A DNA stretch of 64,000 bases from an uncultured Solirubrobacteraceae bacterium (GTDB lineage: Bacteria > Actinomycetota > Thermoleophilia > Solirubrobacterales > Solirubrobacteraceae): assembly GCA_964236905.1 (NCBI GenBank), contig CAXSFZ010000007.1, forward strand, positions 3,423 to 67,422, in the 5' to 3' direction. Both the position numbers and the translations under genes were made by a program. A model generated the notes under the pieces. The model saw nothing but the letters and a program-made list of their open reading frames with translations, had not been told where the DNA came from and did no database searches. Of the stretch, positions 29,167-38,587 are shown in pieces. Positions within the stretch are counted from its first letter, which is position 1, and every line of letters starts with the position of its first letter.

Positions 29167-29685
29167 GTGATCACCCCACCCGACCCGCCGGCGCCGAGCG
29201 TCATCGACGAGCTCGTGGAGAGCGCGCGGGAGCACGCGAGGGCGTCCGGGACGCCGCCGCGGACTCCGCGGCCGGCGCGCCGCGTCGCGGTGGTCGCCTG
29301 CATGGACGCCCGCCTGGACCTCTTCGGCATCCTCGGCCTGCGACCGGGCGACGCGCACCTGATCCGCAACGCGGGCGGCGTCGCGACCGACGACGTGATC
29401 CGCTCGCTGACCATCTCCCAGCGCAAGCTCGGGACCCGCGAGGTGATCCTCGTCCACCACACGGACTGCGGCATGCTCACCTTCACCGAGGACGAGCTGC
29501 GCCACGAGCTGCTGGCGGAGACGGGGGTCAAGCCGAGCTGGGCCGCCGAGAGCTTCACCGACCTCGACGTCGACGTGCGCAGCTCGCTGCAGCGCATCCG
29601 CACGAGCCCGTTCGTGCCCCACCGCGACCGCGTGCGCGGCTTCGTCTACGACGTCGACACCGGTCTACTCCGCGAAGTGGAGTGA
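29167..29685 (+). CDS. Beta-class carbonic anhydrase (clade D-like)
   Basis: CMDAR, RNAGG and HHTDCG Zn ligands. Confidence 0.92.
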   Translation: MITPPDPPAPSVIDELVESAREHARASGTPPRTPRPARRVAVVACMDARLDLFGILGLRPGDAHLIRNAGGVATDDVIRSLTISQRKLGTREVILVHHTDCGMLTFTEDELRHELLAETGVKPSWAAESFTDLDVDVRSSLQRIRTSPFVPHRDRVRGFVYDVDTGLLREVE

Positions 29686-29717
29686 TCCGGTAGCGCGGCG
29701 AAACCGACAGAGGTTGC

Positions 29718-30407
29718 ATGCACAAGCACATCATCCCGACCATCCTCGCCACCTCCGCCCTCGCCTTCACCGCCGCCGCCTGCGGCAGCGACGACAGCTC
29801 GAACGCAAGCTCCTCCACCCCGTCCGTGACCGCGTCCCCGACCGCCAAGAAGACGCCCGCCCCGGCGGCCCAGATCAAGAACCTCACCGGCACCTCGACC
29901 AAGGTCACGCTCGACGGCGGCTTCGTCGCCGCGCTCACCTCGCTGAAGGTCGCGCCCGCGCCGGTCGGCCGCGCGACGATCTCGAAGGCCGGCGTCGCCA
30001 CCTTCCCGATCACGGGCGGCAACGTGACCTACTACACGCCCGGCTCGGTCACGCCGTACGTCCAGGGCCTCATCCGCCACGACGGCTCGGGCCTCTCGCT
30101 CACGGCCGGCGGCAAGAAGGTCGAGCTCGAGAACTTCGACGTCGACCCGGGCAAGTCGGTCCTGACCGGCGATGTCTCACTCGACGGCAAGCAGGTCGCC
30201 CCCGACGCCCCGCTGTTCTCCCTCGACGGCCGCACCCTGCAGCCGCTGCGCACGAGCGCCGACGGCTCCAAGGCGGTGCTCGAGGGCACGACGGTGAAGC
30301 TGGAGCAGACGGCCGCCGACCTGCTGAACAAGACCTTCGGCATCACGGCGCTCAAGGGCGGCCTGGTCATCGGCGTGGCCAAGATCACCGTCAACACCGG
30401 CGCGTAG
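29718..30407 (+). CDS. Lipoprotein of unknown function
   Basis: Signal peptide with lipobox-like TAAAC; GAGG RBS; beta-rich domain (FPITGG, HDGSGL). Confidence 0.75.
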   Translation: MHKHIIPTILATSALAFTAAACGSDDSSNASSSTPSVTASPTAKKTPAPAAQIKNLTGTSTKVTLDGGFVAALTSLKVAPAPVGRATISKAGVATFPITGGNVTYYTPGSVTPYVQGLIRHDGSGLSLTAGGKKVELENFDVDPGKSVLTGDVSLDGKQVAPDAPLFSLDGRTLQPLRTSADGSKAVLEGTTVKLEQTAADLLNKTFGITALKGGLVIGVAKITVNTGA

Positions 30408-30439
30408 CCCTCTCAAGAACGCGTACCGCACCACCGTCG

Positions 30440-30473
30440 GAGGGGCCGGGCGAGCATGTCGCCCGGCCCCTTC
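30440..30473 (+). terminator. Intrinsic terminator-like hairpin
   Basis: GAGGGGCCGGGCGA-GCATG-TCGCCCGGCCCCTTC downstream of the lipoprotein gene. Confidence 0.7.
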
Positions 30474-30583
30474 GTCGTGGTGGCCGCGGCGGGCACGACC
30501 ACGTCGCCCGGCGCTCGGGTGCTCCGCCCGAGGAGTCTGGACGAGTCGCCGCGTTTCAATCGGAGGTTCTGTGAGAAACTAAA

Positions 30584-30611
30584 CAAGACACCGGACTTCC
30601 GACGCCGAGAA
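30584..30611 (+). promoter_or_regulatory. Possible sigma28 (FliA/WhiG)-type promoter
   Basis: CAAG-N16-GCCGAGAA in an AT-rich tract just upstream of GTG 30622. Confidence 0.45.
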
Positions 30612-30621
30612 ACGAGACATC

Positions 30622-31074
30622 GTGCACTGCCCCCACTGCGACGCCCCCCTGCCCGCGACGTGGATCGCCGAGGAACCCGGTCGCTGCCCGACCTGCCGGC
30701 TCATCGTCGGCGCCGGGCGCAGCACCGCGGTCGCCGGCGACGGCGCGTGCCTCAGCGGTGCCGGCACCGCCGCGGGGGTGCTCGCCGGCGCGGCGCGGCG
30801 CGAGGAGGCCGAGGCCGAGGACCCGGCGCTCGTCGCGGCGGCCCTGCGCGAGGCGGCGCGGCGCATGGGCGTCGAGCTGCGGCGGCTGCGGATGCTCGAG
30901 TACCAGCAGGTCGCCGCCGGCGACCCGGCGCTGCCCTCGCTCGCCGTCGTCCTCGCGACGTTCGGCACCTGGAAGGGTGCGCGCGCCCGGGGCGCCAAGG
31001 CGGTCGCCGGGATGGCCAGCGCGCTCGGCTCCTCCCCGCACCGGCCGCTGAGCGCGTCGGGCTCGGGCGGCTGA
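30622..31074 (+). CDS. Zinc-ribbon protein with homing-endonuclease-associated-repeat-like C-domain
   Basis: CPHC..CPTC; EY..LPSLAVVLATFGTWKGA. Confidence 0.6.
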   Translation: MHCPHCDAPLPATWIAEEPGRCPTCRLIVGAGRSTAVAGDGACLSGAGTAAGVLAGAARREEAEAEDPALVAAALREAARRMGVELRRLRMLEYQQVAAGDPALPSLAVVLATFGTWKGARARGAKAVAGMASALGSSPHRPLSASGSGG

Positions 31075-31092
31075 GCGCGGCTCCTCGCACCC

Positions 31093-32031
31093 TCACCCGA
31101 GCTCGAGCAGCTCGCCGCGGTGCTCGTGGTCGACCTGGATGGTCGTGTGCGCGATGCCGAAGCGGTCGGCGAGCAGCTGCTCGAGCTCGAGGCGGCGGCG
31201 GTGGCAGTCGTCGCCGGGCGCCACGAGCACGTGCGCGCTGAGCGCGGGGAAGTCCGTGGTGAGCTCCCAGACGTGCAGGTCGTGCACCTCGACGACCCCC
31301 TGGTGGGCGGCCAGCGCACTGCCGATCTCCCCCGCGTCCAGACCGTGCGGGGCGGCCTCGAGGAGGACGCGCGAGCTCGCCCGCACGAGCCCCCAACCCC
31401 CGCGGAGCATGAGCGCGACGACCACCAGGGCGGCGATCGGATCGGCCCGCTCGAAGCCGGTGAGGACCACGACGAGCCCGCCGAGGATCGCGGCCAGCGA
31501 GCCGTAGAGGTCGGTCAGCACGTGCTGGCGGGCGCCCTCGACGTTCAGCGAGCGGCGCTCGGCGCGGGCCAGCGCCCAGGCGGCGGCGAGGTTGACGAGC
31601 GCACCGAGGACGCCGACGAGGACGACCAGGCCGCCCTCCACGTCGGACGGGTCGCCGAGGCGCCCCACCGCCTCCCAGGCCAGGACGGCGCCGAGGACGA
31701 GCAGCGCCGCCCCGTTGACCTGCGCCGAGAGCACCTCGGCGCGCGGGAGGCCGAAGGTGAAGCTCGCGGAGGCGGGCCGCGTCGCGAGCCGCGCGGCCAC
31801 CAGCGCGAGCCCGATCGAGCCGGCGTCGGTGAGCATGTGCGCGGCGTCGGAGAGCAGCGCCACCGAGCCCGCCGCCAGCCCCGCCGCCACCTCGACGAGC
31901 ATGAAGGCGGCGATCAGCGCCAGGGCGAGGGCGAGGGTCCCGCGGTCCGCGTCGGCCGAGGGCACGTGCATGTGCCCGGCGTGCCCGTGGTCGTGGCCCC
32001 CGTCCGCGTGGTCGTGCGCCCCGGCGCTCAT
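31093..32031 (-). CDS. Cation diffusion facilitator (CzcD/ZitB-type Zn/Co/Cd exporter)
   Basis: His-rich N-terminus, DAAHMLTD, HVLTD, HDLHVW, HTTIQVD. Confidence 0.93.
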   Translation of the reverse strand: MSAGAHDHADGGHDHGHAGHMHVPSADADRGTLALALALIAAFMLVEVAAGLAAGSVALLSDAAHMLTDAGSIGLALVAARLATRPASASFTFGLPRAEVLSAQVNGAALLVLGAVLAWEAVGRLGDPSDVEGGLVVLVGVLGALVNLAAAWALARAERRSLNVEGARQHVLTDLYGSLAAILGGLVVVLTGFERADPIAALVVVALMLRGGWGLVRASSRVLLEAAPHGLDAGEIGSALAAHQGVVEVHDLHVWELTTDFPALSAHVLVAPGDDCHRRRLELEQLLADRFGIAHTTIQVDHEHRGELLELG

Positions 32032-32612
32032 CGCACGAGCGCCAGGAACTCGGCCCGGGTGCGCGCGTCGTCGCGCAGGCAGCCGCGCAGCGCAGAGGTG
32101 ACGGTCCGCGAGCCGGGCTTGCGGACGCCGCGCAGCGCCATGCAGCTGTGCTCGGCCTCCAGGACGACGCCCACACCCCGCGGCTCGAGCGCCTCCTCGA
32201 GCCAGTCGGCCACCTGCAGCGTGAGGCGCTCCTGCACCTGCAGGTCCCGCGAGAAGGACTCGACCACCCGGGCGAGCTTGGAGAGGCCGATGATGCGCTC
32301 CCCGGGCAGGTAGGCGACGTGGGCGACGCCCTGGAACGGGAGGACGTGGTGCATGCAGAGCGAGTGGAACGGGATGTCCCGCGCGAGCACCAGCTCGTCG
32401 TAGCCCTGGTCGTTCGGGAAGGTCGTCGCGACGAACGGCACCGGCGTGAGGAGCTCGGCCAGCGAGGCGGCCACGCGGCGCGGCGTGTCGGCGACCCCGG
32501 CGTCCTCGAGATCGGTGCCGAGCGCCAGCAGCAGCGCGCGGGCGGCCTCCGCGGCCGCCTCGAGGTCGATGTGCCGGGCGCGCGGCCCGGGGCCGTCCAC
32601 GGTCGTGCTCAC
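32028..32612 (-). CDS. folE: GTP cyclohydrolase I
   Basis: DTPRRVA, SLCMHH, GLSKLAR, LQVQERLT, HSCMALRGV. Confidence 0.93.
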   Translation of the reverse strand: MSTTVDGPGPRARHIDLEAAAEAARALLLALGTDLEDAGVADTPRRVAASLAELLTPVPFVATTFPNDQGYDELVLARDIPFHSLCMHHVLPFQGVAHVAYLPGERIIGLSKLARVVESFSRDLQVQERLTLQVADWLEEALEPRGVGVVLEAEHSCMALRGVRKPGSRTVTSALRGCLRDDARTRAEFLALVR

Positions 32613-32687
32613 CCGGGCATCGTAGGCACCCGTGCCCGCCGCGGAACCCGGCGTCGGCCCGGGCCCCCGACCGGGTAGGAGGGCGCC

Positions 32688-33119
32688 ATGAGCGGACACA
32701 CCCTGGACGAGCTTCCCGACTGGCCCGAGAGCACGGTGAGCGTCCTCGCCACCGTGGACCCGGACGGCGCGCCCCACGCCGTGCCGGTCTCGACCGCGCT
32801 GCGCGCCGGCCCGCGGCGGATCGTCTTCGCGCTCGGGCCGCGGCGCGGCTCCTACGAGCGGCTGCAGGCCGAGACGCGCGCGAGCCTCCTGGTCATGGCC
32901 GCCGACGCGGCCTTCACCGCCGAGGGAACCGTCCGGGTGGTGGCCGAGCCGCTCGACCCCGACGGCCGGGTGAACGGGCTCGAGCTCCAGGTCGAGGTGA
33001 TCTGGGACCACAACGGGCCCACCTTCGGCCTGGAGGAGGGCGTCCGCTGGCACTGGACCGACGAGGACGCCAAGCAGGGCGACGACGCGGCGCACGCCGC
33101 GCTCAAGGCGCTGCGGTAG
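32688..33119 (+). CDS. Pyridoxamine 5'-phosphate oxidase-like FMN-binding split-barrel protein
   Basis: VLATVDPDGAPHAVPVS motif. Confidence 0.7.
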   Translation: MSGHTLDELPDWPESTVSVLATVDPDGAPHAVPVSTALRAGPRRIVFALGPRRGSYERLQAETRASLLVMAADAAFTAEGTVRVVAEPLDPDGRVNGLELQVEVIWDHNGPTFGLEEGVRWHWTDEDAKQGDDAAHAALKALR

Positions 33120-33321
33120 CCCCGCGCGAGCGGCTCGCCCGGCGGGCGCGGCGGCGCCCACCCCGCTCGTGCCGTGGTGCGGCGCACGTCCCTCACGGCC
33201 GGACCGTGGTCAGCGATCGCACGGCGGGAGCGCGCGCGCGACACGACGCGCGCGGAAGCCCCGTGCGCGGGCAGGTTCGGCCCGCTCCGTCCCGATCGAC
33301 CGACCCAAGGACACCTCCCTG

Positions 33322-34227
33322 ATGCTCCATGCCAACCAAGGCGACCCGGCCGGCGAGCTCTGGCTCTGGCTGGGGTGCGGCCTGCTCGCCCTCGGCGCGC
33401 TCGCCGTCGCCGCCCTCGGCGCCCGCTCCCGGACCGAGGACCGCTCGCACTTCGTGCTGAGCTTCTTCATCTGCACCGTGGCCTCGTGCTCGTACTTCGC
33501 GATGGCCTCCGGCCAGCTCGACTTCAACGTGGGCGGCGGCGACTTCACCGCGCAGCTGCCGCGCTACATCGACTGGACGATCACCACGCCGCTCCTGTTG
33601 CTCTCGGTGTCGATCGTGGCGCTCTCGAGCGTCCGCTCCCCCGCCGAGCAGCGCGAGCGCACCACCCTCCTGGCCTCGCTGCTCGGCGCCGACGTCCTCA
33701 TGATCCTCACCGGGATCTTCGCCTCGCTCAGCGCGACCACCGCGATCAAGTGGACCTGGTACACGGTCTCCTGCGCGTTCTTCCTCGCGGTGGTCTACCT
33801 CCAGCTCGAGGTCCTGCGGCGCGGCCGCGCGCGCTCCGGCGCGGACGGCCCCAACCTCAGGCTCGCCGCGACCTACGGCACGGCGCTGCTCGGGCTGTGG
33901 CTCCTCTACCCGATCGTCTGGGCCCTCGGCCAGGAGGGCGCCGACGTGCTCGCCAGCGCCACCGAGACGGCCTGCTTCATGGTGCTCGACGTCCTCGCGA
34001 AGGCGGCCTTCGGGGTCGGCCTGGCCCTCGGGATGCTCAAGCTGGCCTCCTCGGTCACCCACGTCGACGGCCGCGAGAGCATCGACGCGGTCTCCGCGGA
34101 GCTCGGCTCGGGCGAGGATCACCGCCGGCACGCGGCCGGCGACGCGGCGGGGATCGTCGTGGCGGGCGCCGGCCTGCGCGACGGCGACGGCCGGAGCGGC
34201 TCGGTCGACCCGGAACGGAGCCGGTAG
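33322..34227 (+). CDS. Microbial (type 1) rhodopsin, DTS motif
   Basis: RYIDWTITTPLLLLS (helix C), LYPIVWALGQEG, FMVLDVLAKAAFG (retinal Lys); RBS AAGGA. Confidence 0.93.
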   Translation: MLHANQGDPAGELWLWLGCGLLALGALAVAALGARSRTEDRSHFVLSFFICTVASCSYFAMASGQLDFNVGGGDFTAQLPRYIDWTITTPLLLLSVSIVALSSVRSPAEQRERTTLLASLLGADVLMILTGIFASLSATTAIKWTWYTVSCAFFLAVVYLQLEVLRRGRARSGADGPNLRLAATYGTALLGLWLLYPIVWALGQEGADVLASATETACFMVLDVLAKAAFGVGLALGMLKLASSVTHVDGRESIDAVSAELGSGEDHRRHAAGDAAGIVVAGAGLRDGDGRSGSVDPERSR

Positions 34228-34233
34228 GGGCCG

Positions 34234-35475
34234 ATGGAGGGCGGCGGGCACCTCGTCCTCGGCGCGGGCTGCGCGGGCCTCGGCCTCGCGCTCGCACTGG
34301 TGGACGAGGGCGTCCGCGCGCCGATCACGGTGGTCGACCGCCGCACCGCCTTCACCCGGGACCGGACTTGGTGCCTGTGGGACACGGGCGAACCGCGCTG
34401 GCGCCAGCTCGCGGGGCACCGGTGGTCGAGCTGGGAGGTCCGGACGACCGCCGCGCGCAGCCGCCAGCACAGCACGCGTCACCCCTACCTCCACCTGGAC
34501 GCCCGCGCGTACTACGCCTGGGCGCTCGAGCGGCTCGACCGCGCGCCCAACGTCGAGCTGCGCCTCGGCGAGCGGGTGCTCGGCTTCGGCGAGCGGCCGG
34601 GCGGCGCCTGGGCGCGGACGGAGCGCGACACGCTCCGCGGCGCCTGGGTCCACGACGCGCTCGGGCTGGGCAGCCCGGCCGTCGACCCAGGCGCGGTCGG
34701 CCTCTGGCAGGGCTTCCTCGGCCAGGAGGTGGAGCTCGACGAGCCGCTCTTCGACCCGGGCTGCGCGACGCTCATGGACTTCCGCGTGGCCCAGGCGGGC
34801 GAGCTGCGCTTCGTCTACGTGCTCCCGTTCTCGCCGACCCGGGCGCTCGTCGAGCACACCTCGCTCGGCGCCGGGCGGGTCTCCGCCGGCGAGCGACGGG
34901 AGGCGCTGGCGGAGCACCTGGCCGAGCGCCTCGGCGCCCGGGCGTGGACGGTGGCCCACGAGGAGGCGGGCAGGCTCCCGATGGCGACGGGGCTCGCCTC
35001 CCCGGTGCGCGGCGCGCGGACCACCGCGGTGGGGATCGCCGGCGGGGCGGTGCGGCCGTCGAGCGGCTACGCCTTCGCGCGCACCCAAGGGCATGTGCGG
35101 GCGCTGGCCCGGGCCCTCGCGGCCGGCGAGCGGCCGCCGTCGCGGGTCGGCGCCGAGCGCGTGGGCCCCCTCGACGCCGTCTTCCTGCGGGCGCTCGCCG
35201 CGCGGCCCGACGCCTTCCCCGCCTACTTCTCCGCGCTCGCCGGACGGACCTCGGGCGACTGCTTCGCGCGCTTCATGGGCGACGCGAGCAGCCGCCGGGA
35301 CGAGCTCCGCGTGATGGCCGCGCTCGCTCCCTCGCGCTTCCTGCTCGCGGCGGCCGCCGGCCCTCGCGGGCCGGAGCGGCCCACCGGAGCGGCACCGCAC
35401 CGGGCGGCCGCGCGCGTGGGCCCCGGGTGCCGCGCGGTCGCCTCGGCGCTGCGCCCCGGCCCGCTCGGGTCGTGA
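34234..35475 (+). CDS. crtY: Lycopene beta-cyclase
   Basis: GAGCAG, DRTWCLW, QGFLG, LMDFR, FVYVLPFS, RPSSGYAF. Confidence 0.85.
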   Translation: MEGGGHLVLGAGCAGLGLALALVDEGVRAPITVVDRRTAFTRDRTWCLWDTGEPRWRQLAGHRWSSWEVRTTAARSRQHSTRHPYLHLDARAYYAWALERLDRAPNVELRLGERVLGFGERPGGAWARTERDTLRGAWVHDALGLGSPAVDPGAVGLWQGFLGQEVELDEPLFDPGCATLMDFRVAQAGELRFVYVLPFSPTRALVEHTSLGAGRVSAGERREALAEHLAERLGARAWTVAHEEAGRLPMATGLASPVRGARTTAVGIAGGAVRPSSGYAFARTQGHVRALARALAAGERPPSRVGAERVGPLDAVFLRALAARPDAFPAYFSALAGRTSGDCFARFMGDASSRRDELRVMAALAPSRFLLAAAAGPRGPERPTGAAPHRAAARVGPGCRAVASALRPGPLGS

Positions 35476-36569
35476 GCGGCGGGCCGCCGGAGGGGGCGGG
35501 AGCCTGGCCGCCCCTGCGCGGCGCGGCGCCTCGCGGCGGGGCCTGGCTCGGCCCGGGGGCGATGGCGCTGGCGGCGGGCCTGACCCTCGCCGCGCCGGCG
35601 GCGACGGCCACCGCGGGGTGGCTCGTGCTCGGCGTGGGCCTCGTGCTGCTCGGGCTCCCGCACGGCGCCGTCGACCACCGGCTGCCGCGGTGGGCGGGGC
35701 GCCCGGGCTCCCCCGTGGGCCTCGTCGCCGGCTACGCGGCGCTCGCGGTGGCGGGCACGGCGCTCTTCGCCCTGGTGCCCGCCGTCGGGCTGCCCGCTTT
35801 CCTCGCGATCACCGTCCTGCACTGGGGGCAGGGCGAGCTCTGGTGGCTCGTCCGGCTCGGCGGCCGGGCGGCGCCGCGGGGCCGGGCCAGCGCGCTGGCC
35901 GTGGTCCTGGCCCGCGGCGGGCTGCCCGTGCTCGCTCCCCTCGCCCTGCAGCCCGGTGCGACGACGAACGCGCTCGCGCGGCTCCTCGGGCCGCTCCCGG
36001 GTCCGCCGCCCGCGGTGGGCGGCCTGGCCCAGGGCCTGGCGGGGGTCGCGCTGGCCGGCGCGCTCGGCGCGGCGGCGTGGGCCGCCTCCCGCGACCACGG
36101 CGGCCCGGGCGGCCTGCGGACGGCGGGCGCGCGGCGGGACCTCGCGGAGCTGGGCGTGCTGCTCGCCTGCCTCGCCGTCGTCCCGCCCGTGCTCGCGGTC
36201 GGCACCTACTACCTGGCCTGGCACGCGGCCCGCCACCTCGTGCGCCTCTCCCACGCGCAGCCCGGGCCCGCGCCCGGAGCCCGCCGCCTGGCGGCGGCCG
36301 CGCTGCCCTGCACCGCCGTGGCGCTGGCGGGGGCGGGGGCCGGCGCGGCGCTGCTCGGGGGCGCCGGCGCGCTCGTCCCGGCCGCGTTCGCGCTCACCTT
36401 CGGGCTGACCCTCCCGCACGCGCTGGTCGTCCTCTGGATGGACGACGCCCCGAACCGCCGCCGGGTTGGGGCATCCTTGCCGGCGTGGACGGCCTCGACG
36501 CGGCGCTGGTGCTCCTCGCCGGGCTGGCCGCCGGGACGATCAACGGCATCATCGGCTCCGGGACCCTGA
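35472..36569 (+). CDS. blh: Brp/Blh beta-carotene 15,15'-dioxygenase
   Basis: GLPHGAVDH, HWGQGE, WHAARH, LTLPH; GTG overlaps the crtY stop; C-terminal part of ORF 33174..36569. Confidence 0.85.
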   Translation: MSGGPPEGAGAWPPLRGAAPRGGAWLGPGAMALAAGLTLAAPAATATAGWLVLGVGLVLLGLPHGAVDHRLPRWAGRPGSPVGLVAGYAALAVAGTALFALVPAVGLPAFLAITVLHWGQGELWWLVRLGGRAAPRGRASALAVVLARGGLPVLAPLALQPGATTNALARLLGPLPGPPPAVGGLAQGLAGVALAGALGAAAWAASRDHGGPGGLRTAGARRDLAELGVLLACLAVVPPVLAVGTYYLAWHAARHLVRLSHAQPGPAPGARRLAAAALPCTAVALAGAGAGAALLGGAGALVPAAFALTFGLTLPHALVVLWMDDAPNRRRVGASLPAWTASTRRWCSSPGWPPGRSTASSAPGP

Positions 36570-37237
36570 TCACGTTCCCGGTGCTGGTCGCGCTCGGCTA
36601 CCCGCCCGTGGTGGCCAACCAGACGAGCACCCTCGGCCTCGTGCCGGGCTCGTTCGCCGCCGTGGCCGGCACCCGCGAGGGGCTTCGCGGGCACGGCCGG
36701 CGCACCGCGCGGTACGCGCTCTGCTCGGCGGGCGGGAGCGCCGCGGGGGCAGCGCTGCTCCTGGTGCTCCCGGCGGCCGCCTTCGACGCCGTGGTGCCGG
36801 TGCTCATCGGCGGGGCGCTCGTGCTCGTCGCGCTGCAGCCGCGGATCTCGGCGGCGGTGGGCGCCCGGCGGCGCCCGGGGGCCGCGGAGCTCGGGCCGCT
36901 CGCGCTGCTGGCGCTGACGGCGGCGGGGATCTACGGGGGCTACTTCGGGGCGGGGCAGGGGATCATGCTCTTCGCGGTGCTGGCCACGACGCTGCCGGGG
37001 GAGCTGCAGCGCGTCAACGTCACGCGGAACCTCCTGGCCGGGACGGTCAACGCGATCTCGGCGCTCGTGTTCCTGCTCGTGGGCCACCCGGACCTCGGGG
37101 CGGCCGGGCTCGTCGCGCTCGGGGCCACGGGCGGCGGGGCGCTCGGCGCCCGGGTCGGGCGGCGCCTCAGCGCCGGATCGCTGCGGGCGGTCGTGGTGGT
37201 CGTCGGCCTGTGCGCGATCGCGCAGCTCCTGCTCTGA
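36485..37237 (+). CDS. Sulfite exporter TauE/SafE (TSUP) family membrane protein
   Basis: AGTINGIIGSGTLITFP, GIYGGYFGAGQG. Confidence 0.9.
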   Translation: MDGLDAALVLLAGLAAGTINGIIGSGTLITFPVLVALGYPPVVANQTSTLGLVPGSFAAVAGTREGLRGHGRRTARYALCSAGGSAAGAALLLVLPAAAFDAVVPVLIGGALVLVALQPRISAAVGARRRPGAAELGPLALLALTAAGIYGGYFGAGQGIMLFAVLATTLPGELQRVNVTRNLLAGTVNAISALVFLLVGHPDLGAAGLVALGATGGGALGARVGRRLSAGSLRAVVVVVGLCAIAQLLL

Positions 37238-37274
37238 GGTGGCGTGGGACGGCGCGGCGTCCTACGCTTGGCGC

Positions 37275-37544
37275 ATGTGCCGGAACATCCGCCCGCTGCA
37301 CAACTTCGAGCCGGCCGCGTCCGACGACGAGGTCGCCGCCGCCGCGCTCCAGTACGTGCGGAAGATCAGCGGCTCGACCAAGCCGTCCCAGGCGAACGAG
37401 GAGGCGTTCGCGCGCGCGGTGGAGGCGGTCGCCGCCGCCTCGCGGGAGCTCCTGGACGCCCTGGTGACCACGGCGCCGCCGAAGGACCGCGAGACCGAGG
37501 CCGCGAAAGCCCGCGCCCGCGCGCAGAAGCGCTACGCGGCCTGA
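37275..37544 (+). CDS. DUF2277 family protein
   Basis: [24 protein letters not shown]; TACGCT -10 six nt upstream. Confidence 0.88.
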   Translation: MCRNIRPLHNFEPAASDDEVAAAALQYVRKISGSTKPSQANEEAFARAVEAVAAASRELLDALVTTAPPKDRETEAAKARARAQKRYAA

Positions 37545-37605
37545 GGCGTCAGGAGCGCCGCGCGGAGGTAGGGACGAGGGACCGTCCCGCGAACGAGAGG
37601 CACCC

Positions 37606-37812
37606 ATGTCCGAGCACGTCTACAAGATCATCGAGGTCACCGGCTCCTCGGCCGAGTCCATCCAGGACGCCGTGCGCGTCGCCGTGGCCAAGGCGGCGGA
37701 GACCGTCCGCAACCTCGAATGGTTCGAGGTGGTGGAGACGCGCGGGCACATCGAGGAGCAGCGGCTCGCCCACTTCCAGGTCACGGTGCGGATCGGCTTC
37801 CGGCTCGACTGA
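37606..37812 (+). CDS. Dodecin (flavin-binding)
   Basis: [34 protein letters not shown]. Confidence 0.92.
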   Translation: MSEHVYKIIEVTGSSAESIQDAVRVAVAKAAETVRNLEWFEVVETRGHIEEQRLAHFQVTVRIGFRLD

Positions 37813-37839
37813 GGCGCGGCGCGGTCGGAGGTCGGCGCC

Positions 37840-38583
37840 ATGGCCGAGGAGATCACGCTCGAGCGGGTCGGCGGCGTCGCGGTGCTCACGCTCCGGGCGC
37901 CGGAGCGGCGCAACGCGCTCACCGTCGCGATGGCGCGGGCGCTGGTGCGCGCCTGCGAGGAGGCCGACGCCGATCCGGCGGTCGGCGCGGTGGTCCTCGC
38001 GGCCCAGGGCGCGTACTTCTGCGCCGGCGGCGATCGGGCGACGCTCGCCGCCGCCGGCCGCGACCCGGCGGCGCCGGAGGCCTACGCGGGGCTCACCGCG
38101 ATCTACGAGGCGTTCGCGCGGGTGGGCCGCCTGGAGCCGCCCACCGTCGCGGCGATCCGCGGCGGCTGCGTCGGCGCGGGGACGAACCTCGCGCTGGCCA
38201 CCGATCTGCGGGTCGTCGCCGCCGACGCCCGGCTCGCCTCGGGCTTCCTGCCGATCGGCCTGCACCCCGGAGGCGGGCACGGGCACCTCCTCGCGCGCTC
38301 GGCGGGCCGGGAGACCGCCAACGCGCTGCAGCTCTTCGGCGCGGCGGTGAGCGGCGCGCGCGCGGCGGAGCTCGGCCTGGCCTGGGCCGCGGTGCCCGCC
38401 GCCGAGGTCGACGCGGTGGCGCTGGAGCTCGCGTCGGTCCCCGCGGCCGACCCGGAGCTCGCCCGCCGCACCGCGCGCTCCATGCGCATGATCGCCGGCC
38501 CACCCGCGATCCCCTGGGCCGCCGCCCTCGAGCTCGAGCGCGCCCCGCAGATGTGGTCCATGCGCCGCCGCGCCGACCCCTGA
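37840..38583 (+). CDS. Enoyl-CoA hydratase/isomerase family
   Basis: RRNALT, FCAGGD, GAGTNLALATD. Confidence 0.88.
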   Translation: MAEEITLERVGGVAVLTLRAPERRNALTVAMARALVRACEEADADPAVGAVVLAAQGAYFCAGGDRATLAAAGRDPAAPEAYAGLTAIYEAFARVGRLEPPTVAAIRGGCVGAGTNLALATDLRVVAADARLASGFLPIGLHPGGGHGHLLARSAGRETANALQLFGAAVSGARAAELGLAWAAVPAAEVDAVALELASVPAADPELARRTARSMRMIAGPPAIPWAAALELERAPQMWSMRRRADP

Positions 38584-38587
38584 CCGG

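Noticed and set aside
33322-34227. Xenorhodopsin or heliorhodopsin assignment
   Set aside because: Helix G keeps DxxxK (no Pro, no SxxxK) and helix C has the type-1 RYxDW motif
33174-36569. 1131-aa ORF as a rhodopsin-Blh fusion
   Set aside because: Rhodopsin and CrtY are in a different frame with their own stops; only 35472 onward encodes Blh
37606-37812. Functional link between dodecin and the ApbE module
   Set aside because: About 12 kb apart with unrelated genes between and no shared upstream motif seen
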